Source of the DNA: a virus
Taxonomy: Duplodnaviria > Heunggongvirae > Uroviricota > Caudoviricetes
Length of the DNA: 16,081 nt
Strand: one strand, 5' to 3'
Virus record (IMG/VR): IMGVR_UViG_2799113015_000003
Location: 64,001-80,081 of that record
The notes under the pieces were generated by a model. That model ran no database searches. It was not told where the DNA came from and worked only from the letters and a program-made list of their open reading frames with translations. The translations under genes and the position numbers were made by a program. Shown piece after piece: positions 1-8,525 of this stretch (position 1 is the stretch's first letter; every line of letters starts with the position of its first letter).

Positions 1-254
1 TCGTTCAGACGGACGTCGACCGAGGTCTCAGTCAGGTCGCTGACCTGCATAAGACGGTCCTGCCCAGTCGCGCGAAGCTTGCGCGTGTGAGCGATAGTTG
101 GCTGCGGGATGCGGATGGTGATGGTGTCGTTGTACTTGCCACCGAAGTCACCAAGGCCGTCCTTCCACACAAAGTGTGGGAGAACAAGATCCGACTGCAG
201 CATGCCGAGGATCGTGTTAATGATCACGGTCGGCTTCAGGAATGCGTTAGCCAT
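1..254 (-). CDS. Major capsid protein, P22-coat-like (5' partial, 84 codons; not in ORF track)
   Basis: My translation from ATG at 254: MANAFLKPTVIINTILGMLQSDLVLPHFVWKDGLGDFGGKYNDTITIRIPQPTIAHTRKLRATGQDRLMQVSDLTETSVDVRLN...; open to the window edge; directly follows the scaffold; the G-DTITIRIP motif is typical of P22 gp5-like coat proteins. Confidence 0.85.
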   Translation of the reverse strand, partial: MANAFLKPTVIINTILGMLQSDLVLPHFVWKDGLGDFGGKYNDTITIRIPQPTIAHTRKLRATGQDRLMQVSDLTETSVDVRLN

Positions 255-291
255 AAGCTACGAAATGTCCTTGGATTAAAGGGAAACCGGG

Positions 292-1038
292 TTAGCGTCG
301 AGTGGTGAGCCCACCGCGCTCGCGGTCCTGCTTGATCTGATCGAGGATCGATGCGGTCATCGCCTCGTCCGAGTCCTCACTGGACCCGCCTCCACCACTC
401 TGACCCTTACGAGGTCCATCGCCCTGTGGCGCAGTATCTTTCGGAGCCTTCTGCGCAGGCGTCTTCTTGGTGTTTGACCCGCCCTCACTCAGGACGTCGA
501 GTAGTTCTTGTGCGTCGGCACGCATCGCATCTTCGTCATCTCCCGTGATACGGGAGGCGAATCGGACTGGAAGTCCAATCTCTTCGGCGATCTCACGCGC
601 GAGATTGTTGCGATCGGTAGATGCTTTGAATTCGCGGAGCTGTTGAAGCTCATTTGCCAGAGTGGCCTTTTCAGCCTCCCAACGCTGCGCGTCGGTCTGA
701 CCGGCTGCCTCAAACTGCTTGAGGCGCTCTACCTCTGCCTTTAGTGTATCACGCTCAGCGGTAAGGGGATCGAGCTTGTTCTTACGATCACGCGCGAGGC
801 GGTCAGTAACCAGTTTGTTTCCCCACTCGGTAGCGGCTTCCTTGCTCTCGAAGCTCCACCAGTTGTTTGCCGCAGGAGGGGTGATATCCGCTCCGTCACT
901 GCCCGAATCGTCGCCTGCCCCAGCGTCATTCCCAGCATCCTCGGACCCGCCCATGATGGGCCAGATAGGGCCGCGCGAGGTGAAACCAATAGCCTGAAGG
1001 CCGGTGGTTGGGTGAATGGGCATCAGTGATTCGCTCAC
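292..1038 (-). CDS. Capsid scaffolding protein
   Basis: 248 aa, acidic low-complexity N-part, coiled-coil core (LTAERDTLKAEVERLKQFE), 'GLP...A.RITG...EAM.ADAQEL' motif, position between MuF-like gene and capsid. Start could be ATG 1023. Confidence 0.85.
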   Translation of the reverse strand: MSESLMPIHPTTGLQAIGFTSRGPIWPIMGGSEDAGNDAGAGDDSGSDGADITPPAANNWWSFESKEAATEWGNKLVTDRLARDRKNKLDPLTAERDTLKAEVERLKQFEAAGQTDAQRWEAEKATLANELQQLREFKASTDRNNLAREIAEEIGLPVRFASRITGDDEDAMRADAQELLDVLSEGGSNTKKTPAQKAPKDTAPQGDGPRKGQSGGGGSSEDSDEAMTASILDQIKQDRERGGLTTRR

Positions 1039-1089
1039 TGCATTCTCTTCTCTCCGAACCGTTTTCGGTCGTTCGTGAAACCGTCCTGG

Positions 1090-2211
1090 CTACGCAGCCA
1101 GTTGCGAAAGGCGCGTGTTCGCCCACTCCACCTGGGGAGAATTACGGCTGAATCCTGCGCCGAGGAGAGCTCGCGATCGGCTCTCAAGTTCTTTGCGCAC
1201 CTTGCCTAGATCGGGTGTGGTGCGCTTGAAAGGGGTGTACTGCTCGCGGAACTTCGCGGCCTGACCTTTGTTTGATAGCCAGTACCATTCGCGGGAAACC
1301 TTGTCCCACTGATCGAAATAGAACTGAGCCTCTTCGTCGCGGATCGCTTCGTGCTTCTGTCCGAACGACTTCTCGCGCGCATAGACCGGACGCAATTGGC
1401 AGCGGCAGTGGTTGTGCACCTTGGCGACATTCGAGAAGCCTTCGGGCAACTCTGGTCCATCCTTCGGTGCGATGAAGTCCTGGTCTCCCTTGGTTAGGGA
1501 TCCGTTCCAAGGATTAGCTCGGCCACCCTTGAACGAACTCTTTCGGAAAACCGCTCCCCTACTTGCCAATAGGGCGCAGAACCAACAGGGGTTGCCATCG
1601 GTCACGCGTGCATAGCCGATGATCTTGCGATCGGTGTACACCACGTTGCCCGTGACATTCCGGCCACCGTTCATCGCCTGGCGGATCGCGGCACCCGAAG
1701 AGTTAGACAACCCGCTGTACATCAGATCCTCTTGAGGACCCGGCATCGAAGCCTTGATCTCGTAGTTGCCGTTGATCACCAGCGATGTGGCGACATCCTT
1801 TTCAGGAAAGGGATCGAACTCAACCAGAGGCTGATGTTCCAGTGACACGGAAGGAATCAGGCTGTCCGAAAACCGTAACGGCGAGATGTTGCTTGGAACC
1901 TCTGCGACTGGCACATCCATAGGCAGGAAGTCCTCAGTCGACAGTGTTGCGTTGCGAACGTCACTCGCGAACACAGCTGCGGCCCTCTGAGACTGCAGGT
2001 AGGCGGTCTTCACTAGCGGGAGCGCTGAGCTCACCCAGAGAGGCGTGGTCCTGTCGAGCTCATCGAATCGCTGAATCAGCCAAATTGGGTAGAGCTTCAA
2101 AGCCAGCCCTGCCGCGATGGAGTCCTGGTCCTCGCTGTGCTTCAGCGTGCGATAGGCGATGTATGCCTCAAGGGCCTTCAGTCCACTCCCCTGCTCCTGG
2201 GGCGCGGTCAC
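1090..2211 (-). CDS. MuF-like minor head protein (often annotated capsid maturation protease in actinophages)
   Basis: 373 aa, YARVTDGNPCWFCALLASRG and HNHCRC motifs; GTGA overlap with portal stop. Confidence 0.8.
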   Translation of the reverse strand: MTAPQEQGSGLKALEAYIAYRTLKHSEDQDSIAAGLALKLYPIWLIQRFDELDRTTPLWVSSALPLVKTAYLQSQRAAAVFASDVRNATLSTEDFLPMDVPVAEVPSNISPLRFSDSLIPSVSLEHQPLVEFDPFPEKDVATSLVINGNYEIKASMPGPQEDLMYSGLSNSSGAAIRQAMNGGRNVTGNVVYTDRKIIGYARVTDGNPCWFCALLASRGAVFRKSSFKGGRANPWNGSLTKGDQDFIAPKDGPELPEGFSNVAKVHNHCRCQLRPVYAREKSFGQKHEAIRDEEAQFYFDQWDKVSREWYWLSNKGQAAKFREQYTPFKRTTPDLGKVRKELESRSRALLGAGFSRNSPQVEWANTRLSQLAA

Positions 2212-3770
2212 TTAGTAGCCATTCCCCGCGAGACGCCGGTCTTGTTATTCAGCGGCCTCTGGTTGGTGGGGTTGTTGGGCCCACCGCCACCCGGGCCACC
2301 TGGATTCGGCGCTGCCGGTGGAGGCTCTGGCTTGCCGGTCTTCGAGTCAACGCCTACCGAAGTGGTGGTTACACCCACAACCTCACGCAAGTACGTGGTG
2401 AGCGGATCGTCATCAAGAGCCTTTTTCTCCCAGGCCTCGACCTCGGTCTGCTCAACACCAGGGATGCGGTGCCACGCGGCGATCTTCGGAACACCGAGCT
2501 GCGAGCAGATCTTGCCCCATGCGTCAGCGAACTGAGCCAGCGAGCGAACCTCGACGTCCTGCCAGTGGACGCGTGCAAAGAAGTCAGATGCATCCTCCTC
2601 GCGGCCCTCAATCAGGGCGGCAAGACGGAGCACCTGGGCGTGCGACTCCCCCATGACGGTCTGCTTCTCGAACAGACGCTGGTAGGTCTGCTTACGAGCA
2701 CCATCGAGTGCGTCAGCAGCCACATTCACGACCTGGCCGAGCAGGTTGGGTGGCAGCTGCATGACTGCCGCGAAAGTCTCTAGATCAGCCTTGTAGGCGG
2801 CAATAAAGCCGTCCATTGAGGTCTCATCAAGGGTGCCAAACCGGGCCTGCGCCTCCGAGGAGATGAGGATGTCCTCGTGCCCAATGCGGATCTTGGTCTC
2901 TTCGACCTCATCCGAGGTATCTGGCTGTTCTAGACCAGTAGCCCAACGAACCTTGAAGCTGTTGAAGTGCTGAACCAAGAGGCGGTCGAACACCGTCTTG
3001 TCAATGCGGGCCGCAAGATCAATAACCGACTCCACATCACCCCAGCAGCGACCACGCAGGTCGATCTGGTTGACGTAGCGGACGAACGGTGGCGTGCCGT
3101 ACTTGGTGTTCTCAAGCGTCCCTGCGCCGAACTTGCCCTTATCGAAAGTCAATGGGATGAAGTCACCATTGGGCAGCCACCAACGGTACTTGCCCTTCTG
3201 AGGAAGCTTCTCCAGAACGAACTGGGGGTACTCGTCAGCGTATGGATCGTCGTAAAGAGCGAAGCAATCCATAGGGTCGACGGCGCGCATGATCGCCATG
3301 ACCTTGCTGGTCTCATCAACGCCCTCGGTGACGCGAACGTAGGCGTATCCGTAGGTCATCACAGCGCGGTTCAGGGAGATCTGCTGCGCGGTCATCTTGT
3401 TGCGAACCCAGGACTTCCATCCCTCAGAGTTCTCCGTCTCGCCTTCCTTGCGATAACCGTCAACGATCATCTGCTGGGCGAAGGTGGAGATCATCACCGG
3501 GATCCATGGAGTGCGAGCCATCCGCTGTAGCACCGCGCGCTCAGTGTTGCGCTTCAGTGGCCGTACAGACGGCTGCTTACCAGCACCCCAGGATTCAAGG
3601 TGGGCAAGTCGGCCACGCTCGAGCTCGAATGCGGGAAACACCTTCTTGGTGATGAAGGTTTCCAGCGCCTTGCCCGACAGTGAAGGATCTGGCAGATCAA
3701 CTGGCGCAGGGCAGAATTCGGGCGCGTAAACGTCCGACTGGTAGTAGACGTCGCTCTGGTAGACGCTCAC
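2208..3770 (-). CDS. Portal protein (SPP1 gp6-like actinophage type)
   Basis: ~520 aa directly after TerL; motifs 'YGYAYV.V', 'PPFVRYVN', 'GESHAQVLRLA', 'W.D.E.RS.AQ.ADA..K'. Start GTG 3770 overlaps the TerL stop (GTGA) with GGAGG 6 nt upstream; the track's TTG 3773 is an alternative. Confidence 0.92.
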   Translation of the reverse strand: MSVYQSDVYYQSDVYAPEFCPAPVDLPDPSLSGKALETFITKKVFPAFELERGRLAHLESWGAGKQPSVRPLKRNTERAVLQRMARTPWIPVMISTFAQQMIVDGYRKEGETENSEGWKSWVRNKMTAQQISLNRAVMTYGYAYVRVTEGVDETSKVMAIMRAVDPMDCFALYDDPYADEYPQFVLEKLPQKGKYRWWLPNGDFIPLTFDKGKFGAGTLENTKYGTPPFVRYVNQIDLRGRCWGDVESVIDLAARIDKTVFDRLLVQHFNSFKVRWATGLEQPDTSDEVEETKIRIGHEDILISSEAQARFGTLDETSMDGFIAAYKADLETFAAVMQLPPNLLGQVVNVAADALDGARKQTYQRLFEKQTVMGESHAQVLRLAALIEGREEDASDFFARVHWQDVEVRSLAQFADAWGKICSQLGVPKIAAWHRIPGVEQTEVEAWEKKALDDDPLTTYLREVVGVTTTSVGVDSKTGKPEPPPAAPNPGGPGGGGPNNPTNQRPLNNKTGVSRGMATK

Positions 3771-5287
3771 CAAAGTCCTCCCCCACGAGGCTTACCCTCG
3801 TAGTGCTTCTTTTCGACAATCGCCTTGGAACGCAGCATGTTCAGTCCCCACAGGGCGTAGGAGATGGCGCAGACTCCGGTGATGTCGACAGTGGTATCGG
3901 CCCGGGACCAGCCCCAGCCGTTGTATTCGCCCTCGTCAATGGCGTTGCTGACTTTGCCGCCGAGGTTGTATTTGCGGGCCCCGGCCAAGCCGACAGTGAT
4001 CGTGGGATCACCAAGATGGATAAGGGAGCCATCCTCAACCGAGTCATAGAAGAACCCAGTCGCGGCAATAATCTCCTTAGTGCCGAACGGAATTACTTCG
4101 ATGCCAAGGGCTTCAAGCTCAGGAATCAGTGCACCGGCGCGTGCTCCTGACTGAATGCAAACAGCAAGTGGCGTAGGCGAATTCTTCGCCTTGTAGATCT
4201 GATCAATCGCCTCAACACACCAGGAGATGCCGCGCTCGCTCGACTCGACCTCAACCTGCTTCTTGCCGTCAGCTGTGTAGCCAGCCAGGCCGATTGTGGC
4301 ATTGGAGCGATCTGGTGCTGCATCAACAGCAAGGACGATGCGTGAAGTGATCTTGGAGACGCCAAGTTCGGAATGCTCGGAATGAACGAAACCGGCGCAG
4401 CGGCAACGCGACTTCCAGAGCTCGGCATCGATAGGAGACTTGATCGAGTTGTCGTGCCACAGGCCGAGGCGCTCACGGGCGAACTTCTTGTCGTCCATCG
4501 AGCCGCGCTCAACGTTCGCAATCCACTCCTCGGTGAGGCGGATTCCCAACGCGGGGTTCGACTTGTACCACTGCTCGATGTCATCGAGCTTGCAGCCAGC
4601 GTCCGCACACCATTCGAACAGGGCGATACGCGGATGATGGTCCATACCACGCTCACGAGCCTTGATAAGGACAGCTGAGTCCTCGTTACCCGTAGAGGAG
4701 GTGTAGATAACCTGGGGGTTCTTACGCGCCGACAATGCGGGGATCAGCGCCGCGACCATGTCGGGATCAAGGTCGTATGCCTCATCCAGCACAACTAGAT
4801 CGCCCGAGAAGCCTCGACCCTGGCCGGTGCCGCGAGCCTTATAGAGCAGGCGCGCACCGTTATTCAGGATGATGCCAACCTTGCCGTTGGCGGAAGGCTT
4901 CGATCGAACGTACTTGTCGAGAGCAGGACAGCCCTCAATGATGTCCACCATGCGCAGGTACGACTCGTAGGCCGTATCGAAGAGGTGGGCGGTGTGGATG
5001 ATCAGGCGTGTTCCGAATAGGAACAGGTGGACGATCTCCAATGCTTCGGTGATCGCCGTCTTGCCATTTTGTCGGGGAATGAGCAGAACCGCTTCTAGCG
5101 CAGCCCATTTGCGATCCTCGCGTTCGCCTAGAAGGTCACGAAGGATCAACTGCTGCCACGGATCCAAGTGGTATCCAATGGCGTTCAGGAATGCGATAGC
5201 TTTGTCGCCGCGTGATCGGACATACTCTGGAACCCAGTAGTTGGGTGGAATCTGATCACCAATGCGGACTTCACCAGTTGCAACCAC
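3767..5287 (-). CDS. terL: Terminase large subunit
   Basis: Walker A LLIPRQNGKT, Walker B LVVLDEA, motif III YTSS, nuclease-domain LAVDAAPDR and C-terminal VDITG; 506 aa. Confidence 0.96.
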   Translation of the reverse strand: MVATGEVRIGDQIPPNYWVPEYVRSRGDKAIAFLNAIGYHLDPWQQLILRDLLGEREDRKWAALEAVLLIPRQNGKTAITEALEIVHLFLFGTRLIIHTAHLFDTAYESYLRMVDIIEGCPALDKYVRSKPSANGKVGIILNNGARLLYKARGTGQGRGFSGDLVVLDEAYDLDPDMVAALIPALSARKNPQVIYTSSTGNEDSAVLIKARERGMDHHPRIALFEWCADAGCKLDDIEQWYKSNPALGIRLTEEWIANVERGSMDDKKFARERLGLWHDNSIKSPIDAELWKSRCRCAGFVHSEHSELGVSKITSRIVLAVDAAPDRSNATIGLAGYTADGKKQVEVESSERGISWCVEAIDQIYKAKNSPTPLAVCIQSGARAGALIPELEALGIEVIPFGTKEIIAATGFFYDSVEDGSLIHLGDPTITVGLAGARKYNLGGKVSNAIDEGEYNGWGWSRADTTVDITGVCAISYALWGLNMLRSKAIVEKKHYEGKPRGGGLW

Positions 5288-5316
5288 TGAGGGCCCAACC
5301 GTCCTTGTCTACATAC

Positions 5317-5703
5317 TCAGTCCGGTAAAGCGAACTCCGCCATCATCTTTGCGATGGGGTCGTCAACTTCTCCCGAATTAGCCTCGGAATTTCCGAGTTT
5401 CAGTTGCGCCAACAGCTGACGCAGAGCGAGCCGCTGCTGGCGGATCTCACCCAGAAGGGGATTCACGACAATCTTGATTTCAACAGCGTCAGGCGCTGTG
5501 TATTCAGCATCCTCAGCTAGACGGATCCACTCCGACGAGCCTGAAGCCAATGCCCCGCTGAGTCGTTCAATGATGTCAGCGGTACGGCATGCCTCACCGA
5601 GAAGGACGTATCCGGCTGGATCCAGTGTTGACCCTGCAGTAACGCCGTCCCATAGATGCTTACCCCAGTCCTTGAGCCCCTTGGGCTGCTGTGGTTCGGG
5701 CAT
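5317..5703 (-). CDS. terS: Terminase small subunit
   Basis: 128 aa immediately upstream of TerL; actinophage TerS pattern G..LW...LL..AC..AD...NPLL.EIRQQR..L.QLL.QL.L. Confidence 0.8.
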   Translation of the reverse strand: MPEPQQPKGLKDWGKHLWDGVTAGSTLDPAGYVLLGEACRTADIIERLSGALASGSSEWIRLAEDAEYTAPDAVEIKIVVNPLLGEIRQQRLALRQLLAQLKLGNSEANSGEVDDPIAKMMAEFALPD

Positions 5704-5953
5704 CGCGAATCTTCCTGTACCAGGACCAATGCGCGTCCTGTGCGTATTCCCAGGCCTTGATGTAGGTCCGCAAGCGATAGTTGGGCTGACGGTTTCCGTC
5801 CGCGCAAAGGGCTGCGTCCTGCGCCTGTAGGTCGAGGTAGTGGTTTAGCTCGGCTACGTCATTTCGGATGAGTGCACGAACATCTTCGAGCGTCAGGTCG
5901 CTCCACAGAGGCTTTGTTGCCTTGTCATCGAAGCTAATTGACGGAGCGATCAC
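5660..5953 (-). CDS. Hypothetical protein, first gene of the virion operon
   Basis: 97 aa, GTG start with AGGAGG (5962-5967) upstream, overlaps TerS start by 44 nt. Confidence 0.7.
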   Translation of the reverse strand: MIAPSISFDDKATKPLWSDLTLEDVRALIRNDVAELNHYLDLQAQDAALCADGNRQPNYRLRTYIKAWEYAQDAHWSWYRKIRDARTTAAQGAQGLG

Positions 5954-5973
5954 CAGCTGTACCTCCTGTTACA

Positions 5974-5982
5974 AGTGTATCA
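5974..5982 (-). promoter_or_regulatory. Candidate extended -10 promoter (TGA-TACACT) for the virion operon
   Basis: Minus strand reads ttgcTGATACACTtgtaacAGGAGG; matches TGnTANNNT in the divergent intergenic gap; no good -35. Confidence 0.35.
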
Positions 5983-6067
5983 GCAAACTCCATAGGTAAG
6001 CCTTCATCTACCCACATGAACCACTTTGGCGTTCATATGCTTTAAGCACACGAAGGAAGGGATTGAG

Positions 6068-6271
6068 ATGTTGAAGCCCGTGAAACGGCTCAGGAAGCGC
6101 CACCGTAAGTACATCTGGGTGGACCGCGAAGGCGCAGTGTGGGTGTACCTGAAGTCCGAGAGGAATTGGTGCACGCTCACCTGGGTTGATGGCTTCCCAG
6201 AGCTTCTGGCCACCATTGACGATGACGGCTGGCCAGACGGTCCGTTCTACCCTGTGCCGGTGTTCTCATGA
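6068..6271 (+). CDS. Hypothetical phage protein (67 aa)
   Basis: ATG 6068 preceded by GAAGGAAGGG; ATGA overlap with next gene. Confidence 0.7.
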   Translation: MLKPVKRLRKRHRKYIWVDREGAVWVYLKSERNWCTLTWVDGFPELLATIDDDGWPDGPFYPVPVFS

Positions 6272-6498
6272 GCGCGCAAGTGCATCTTCTTGTCAAGTTT
6301 GAGAACGGTAAACCCTCTCTGGGGCTTGGCAATTCTGGCAACAGTCGTTCATACACAAAAAAGGGCGTAGCCAAGAACTACGCCGAATCTGCTGGAGGAG
6401 ATATCCGTATTCTTACGGTGACTATCCCCGATGAAGGTGTGGTTGGTGAGGGCTTGTGGCCCGAGCTCCTCCCCCGAGTGGCGGTGAGCTGGTCATGA
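6268..6498 (+). CDS. Hypothetical phage protein (76 aa)
   Basis: Coupled by ATGA overlaps on both sides. Confidence 0.7.
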   Translation: MSAQVHLLVKFENGKPSLGLGNSGNSRSYTKKGVAKNYAESAGGDIRILTVTIPDEGVVGEGLWPELLPRVAVSWS

Positions 6499-6764
6499 CC
6501 AGCACTGTTGTCCATTCAGACCAGCCGGTACCGCCATTCGGTTGGGAGTGGCGCGTTACCTGTGCAGGGCCGCATTTACTGGATGTGGCCCTGATGGACA
6601 GCGAAGAAGTTGTCCTCAGGAAAGAGGTCGATATCCGCATGGTGCAAACCGAAGATGAGCTCCTGGACCTTGTGCACGGCAGGATGGCCCTAATGCGCTC
6701 AGAGGCAATCGCAGCATGCTCCATGTCCCACTGGCTCAAGAAGAACTGGGGAATCGAATGCTGA
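6495..6764 (+). CDS. Hypothetical phage protein (89 aa)
   Basis: ATG 6495 overlaps upstream stop (ATGA); MTSTVVHSDQPVPPFGWEW... Confidence 0.7.
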   Translation: MTSTVVHSDQPVPPFGWEWRVTCAGPHLLDVALMDSEEVVLRKEVDIRMVQTEDELLDLVHGRMALMRSEAIAACSMSHWLKKNWGIEC

Positions 6765-7015
6765 AGTGGGTCAACGCATCCAATGACAATCCTGGGTATA
6801 GCGTCTACTACGCGATTCCCACTCGGGACGAGAATGTTCTCTACGTCATTCGACGGAAGAAGAAGACTACAGAGTTCACCCCCAAGTTCTGGCGCGCCTT
6901 CGTGCGCACAGCCCGGGGTGAAGCCCTGAAAGTCGTCTACGCAGCCGAGACACAAGGCGAATGCAAGGCGTATATCCAAGACTTGGAGGACACGGTCAGT
7001 GGCACAGATGGATAA
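6758..7015 (+). CDS. Hypothetical phage protein (85 aa)
   Basis: MLKWVNASNDNPGYSVYYAIP...; 7-nt overlap with upstream gene. Confidence 0.7.
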   Translation: MLKWVNASNDNPGYSVYYAIPTRDENVLYVIRRKKKTTEFTPKFWRAFVRTARGEALKVVYAAETQGECKAYIQDLEDTVSGTDG

Positions 7016-7211
7016 GCGGGCCAAGGAGGTTGTACTCCGCACCGCGATCACCAACCTCGAGATCCAACGAGCTTCCATTGCAAGGCTTCTCACTGGCAAG
7101 CGTGGTGATGGCCGACTGAACTGCGCGCTCGAGAAGATGCAGGCAGCTGAGGATGCGATGCGCGAGTGGGCCGCGAAAAATGATGTCCCTATCCGACCAA
7201 TGAAGACGTAG
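6999..7211 (+). CDS. Hypothetical phage protein (70 aa, helical)
   Basis: GTG with GGAGGA 8 nt upstream. Confidence 0.7.
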   Translation: MAQMDKRAKEVVLRTAITNLEIQRASIARLLTGKRGDGRLNCALEKMQAAEDAMREWAAKNDVPIRPMKT

Positions 7212-7213
7212 TC

Positions 7214-7555
7214 ATGGCAGACGAGATACTTGACGCAAAGCAAGCTCTCAGGGCAGTCGATGAGGCGCGGATTGCGCTACGGCAGAACAAGTTCTGGGCA
7301 TGGTTCTCGGGCGTGACACTCGTAGGCTCTCTCGTCCCGGGCGTTTTGACTGTATACATGCTTTCATTCGTGCTCGCTAGCGCTCCAGAGCAGGCTAGGG
7401 CTCCTTGGCAAGGAGCTGGCTTCTTCGGGATACTCGCCCCGATCGCTGCGATCTTTTGGCTTGCCGCATGCATCAACTCATGTCGATGGGACGCCAAGCA
7501 TCTCAGGAAGGCTGAGTACGCGTATGAGGATGCGCTAGAACGGGAGATGCTATGA
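7214..7555 (+). CDS. Membrane protein, two predicted TM helices (113 aa)
   Basis: Hydrophobic segments FWAWFSGVTLVGSLVPGVLTVYMLSFVLA and GAGFFGILAPIAAIFWLAACI. Confidence 0.72.
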   Translation: MADEILDAKQALRAVDEARIALRQNKFWAWFSGVTLVGSLVPGVLTVYMLSFVLASAPEQARAPWQGAGFFGILAPIAAIFWLAACINSCRWDAKHLRKAEYAYEDALEREML

Positions 7556-7734
7556 GTAGAGAACTCATCGGAACCGTCTGGGATAGCAAGGACGGTAAAC
7601 GCTCCATCGTCATTAAGGGATACGACGGCAGCATGTACTACAACTACACCGACCTAGACGGCAAGCACCGTAGATACATCCAGCCATCGGGACTATTTCG
7701 CAAGTACATCCAACGTGATTCGGAGGGGCGATGA
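7552..7734 (+). CDS. Hypothetical phage protein (60 aa)
   Basis: ATGA overlaps; GGGAG upstream. Confidence 0.7.
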   Translation: MSRELIGTVWDSKDGKRSIVIKGYDGSMYYNYTDLDGKHRRYIQPSGLFRKYIQRDSEGR

Positions 7735-8057
7735 GCTGGTCAATTGGTGAATACAAGAACACCCTGCGGATGAGTGACAAAGTGGCACAACGACTCATCG
7801 CAGTTGCAGCGGAGAATGGCCAGAGACTCTATTACAGCGACGAAGACGGGCTATCCCTAGACCCTGACGCTATGGAGTGGATGGACTTCTTCTGGGACCA
7901 CTGGGCCATCAACGCATTGGACGACCCATCTGTGAACGGGGATGTCGTATTCCTATGCGCGGATGGGGATCAGGCGGGCCAGATCTGGGGTTATCGGTTC
8001 ATGGCTGGCCACATGGTCAAGCTGTCTGCGGAAGTTCGACTTCAGGAGACAGGATGA
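7731..8057 (+). CDS. Hypothetical acidic phage protein (108 aa)
   Basis: ATGA overlap; GGAGGG upstream. Confidence 0.72.
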   Translation: MSWSIGEYKNTLRMSDKVAQRLIAVAAENGQRLYYSDEDGLSLDPDAMEWMDFFWDHWAINALDDPSVNGDVVFLCADGDQAGQIWGYRFMAGHMVKLSAEVRLQETG

Positions 8058-8134
8058 GGGCAGACCTGGTGCTCCTGCTTGTGATGACGGGCTTTGCGTC
8101 AGGGCTGTGGCTCGGGTGGGTGTTGGCACAGTGA
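8054..8134 (+). CDS. Small single-TM peptide (26 aa, MRADLVLLLVMTGFASGLWLGWVLAQ)
   Basis: AGGAG upstream, ATGA overlap at start, GTGA overlap at stop. Confidence 0.5.
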   Translation: MRADLVLLLVMTGFASGLWLGWVLAQ

Positions 8135-8187
8135 GCACGCCCTCTGGTGCTGAGGCTATAGCAGCATTCGCGACAGGTGGAAGATGA
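8131..8187 (+). CDS. Mini-ORF (18 aa)
   Basis: Bridges 8134 and 8184 by 4-nt overlaps at both ends. Confidence 0.35.
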   Translation: MSTPSGAEAIAAFATGGR

Positions 8188-8525
8188 GCGGCTGCCCCTT
8201 CTGCCCAGACAACTGGAACAACCTGGACAAGATCTGGGAATCCTTCGGCATTGCAGTAATCAACCCACTCAACCCTGTCACCGAAGGTCACGTGTTGCTT
8301 ATCCATAAGAAGCACACATCGGATATTGCATCCGGCCCGGATATCGCTTCCGAGTTGATGTTTTCTGCAGCTCTATGGGTTAAAGCTCGCAACATCCAGG
8401 CCAACATCATCACCAGCATCGGCCCGAATGCCACACAAACCGTGTTCCACACCCATCTGCATGTGGTTCCAAGGCGTGAAAACGACGGCCTACATCTGCC
8501 GTGGACGGGCCAGATGAAGTCATGA
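8184..8525 (+). CDS. HIT (histidine triad) family nucleotide hydrolase
   Basis: N-terminal CPFC, 'PLNPVTEGHVLLI', C-terminal QTVFHTHLHVVPR histidine triad. Confidence 0.92.
   Translation: MSGCPFCPDNWNNLDKIWESFGIAVINPLNPVTEGHVLLIHKKHTSDIASGPDIASELMFSAALWVKARNIQANIITSIGPNATQTVFHTHLHVVPRRENDGLHLPWTGQMKS

Noticed and set aside
87-308. 73-aa + strand ORF
   Set aside because: Antisense to the major capsid N-terminus (ATG 254, minus), which has recognisable motifs and operon context.
1046-1080. Small alternative hairpins (ACCG-AAAA-CGGT) before the scaffold RBS
   Set aside because: Stems of only 4-5 bp; expected by chance.
1090-1400. Possible MuF-fused polymorphic toxin tip
   Set aside because: C-terminal ~100 aa is helical with no toxin motif, and the next gene is the scaffold, not an immunity gene.
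1944-4150. Long + strand ORFs (1944-2783, 2967-3530, 3680-4150 and others)
   Set aside because: Shadow frames of portal and TerL in GC-rich DNA; no motifs or RBS.
6422-7243. 273-aa minus-strand ORF
   Set aside because: Antisense to four coupled + strand genes with RBSs; Ser/Arg-rich composition typical of a shadow frame.
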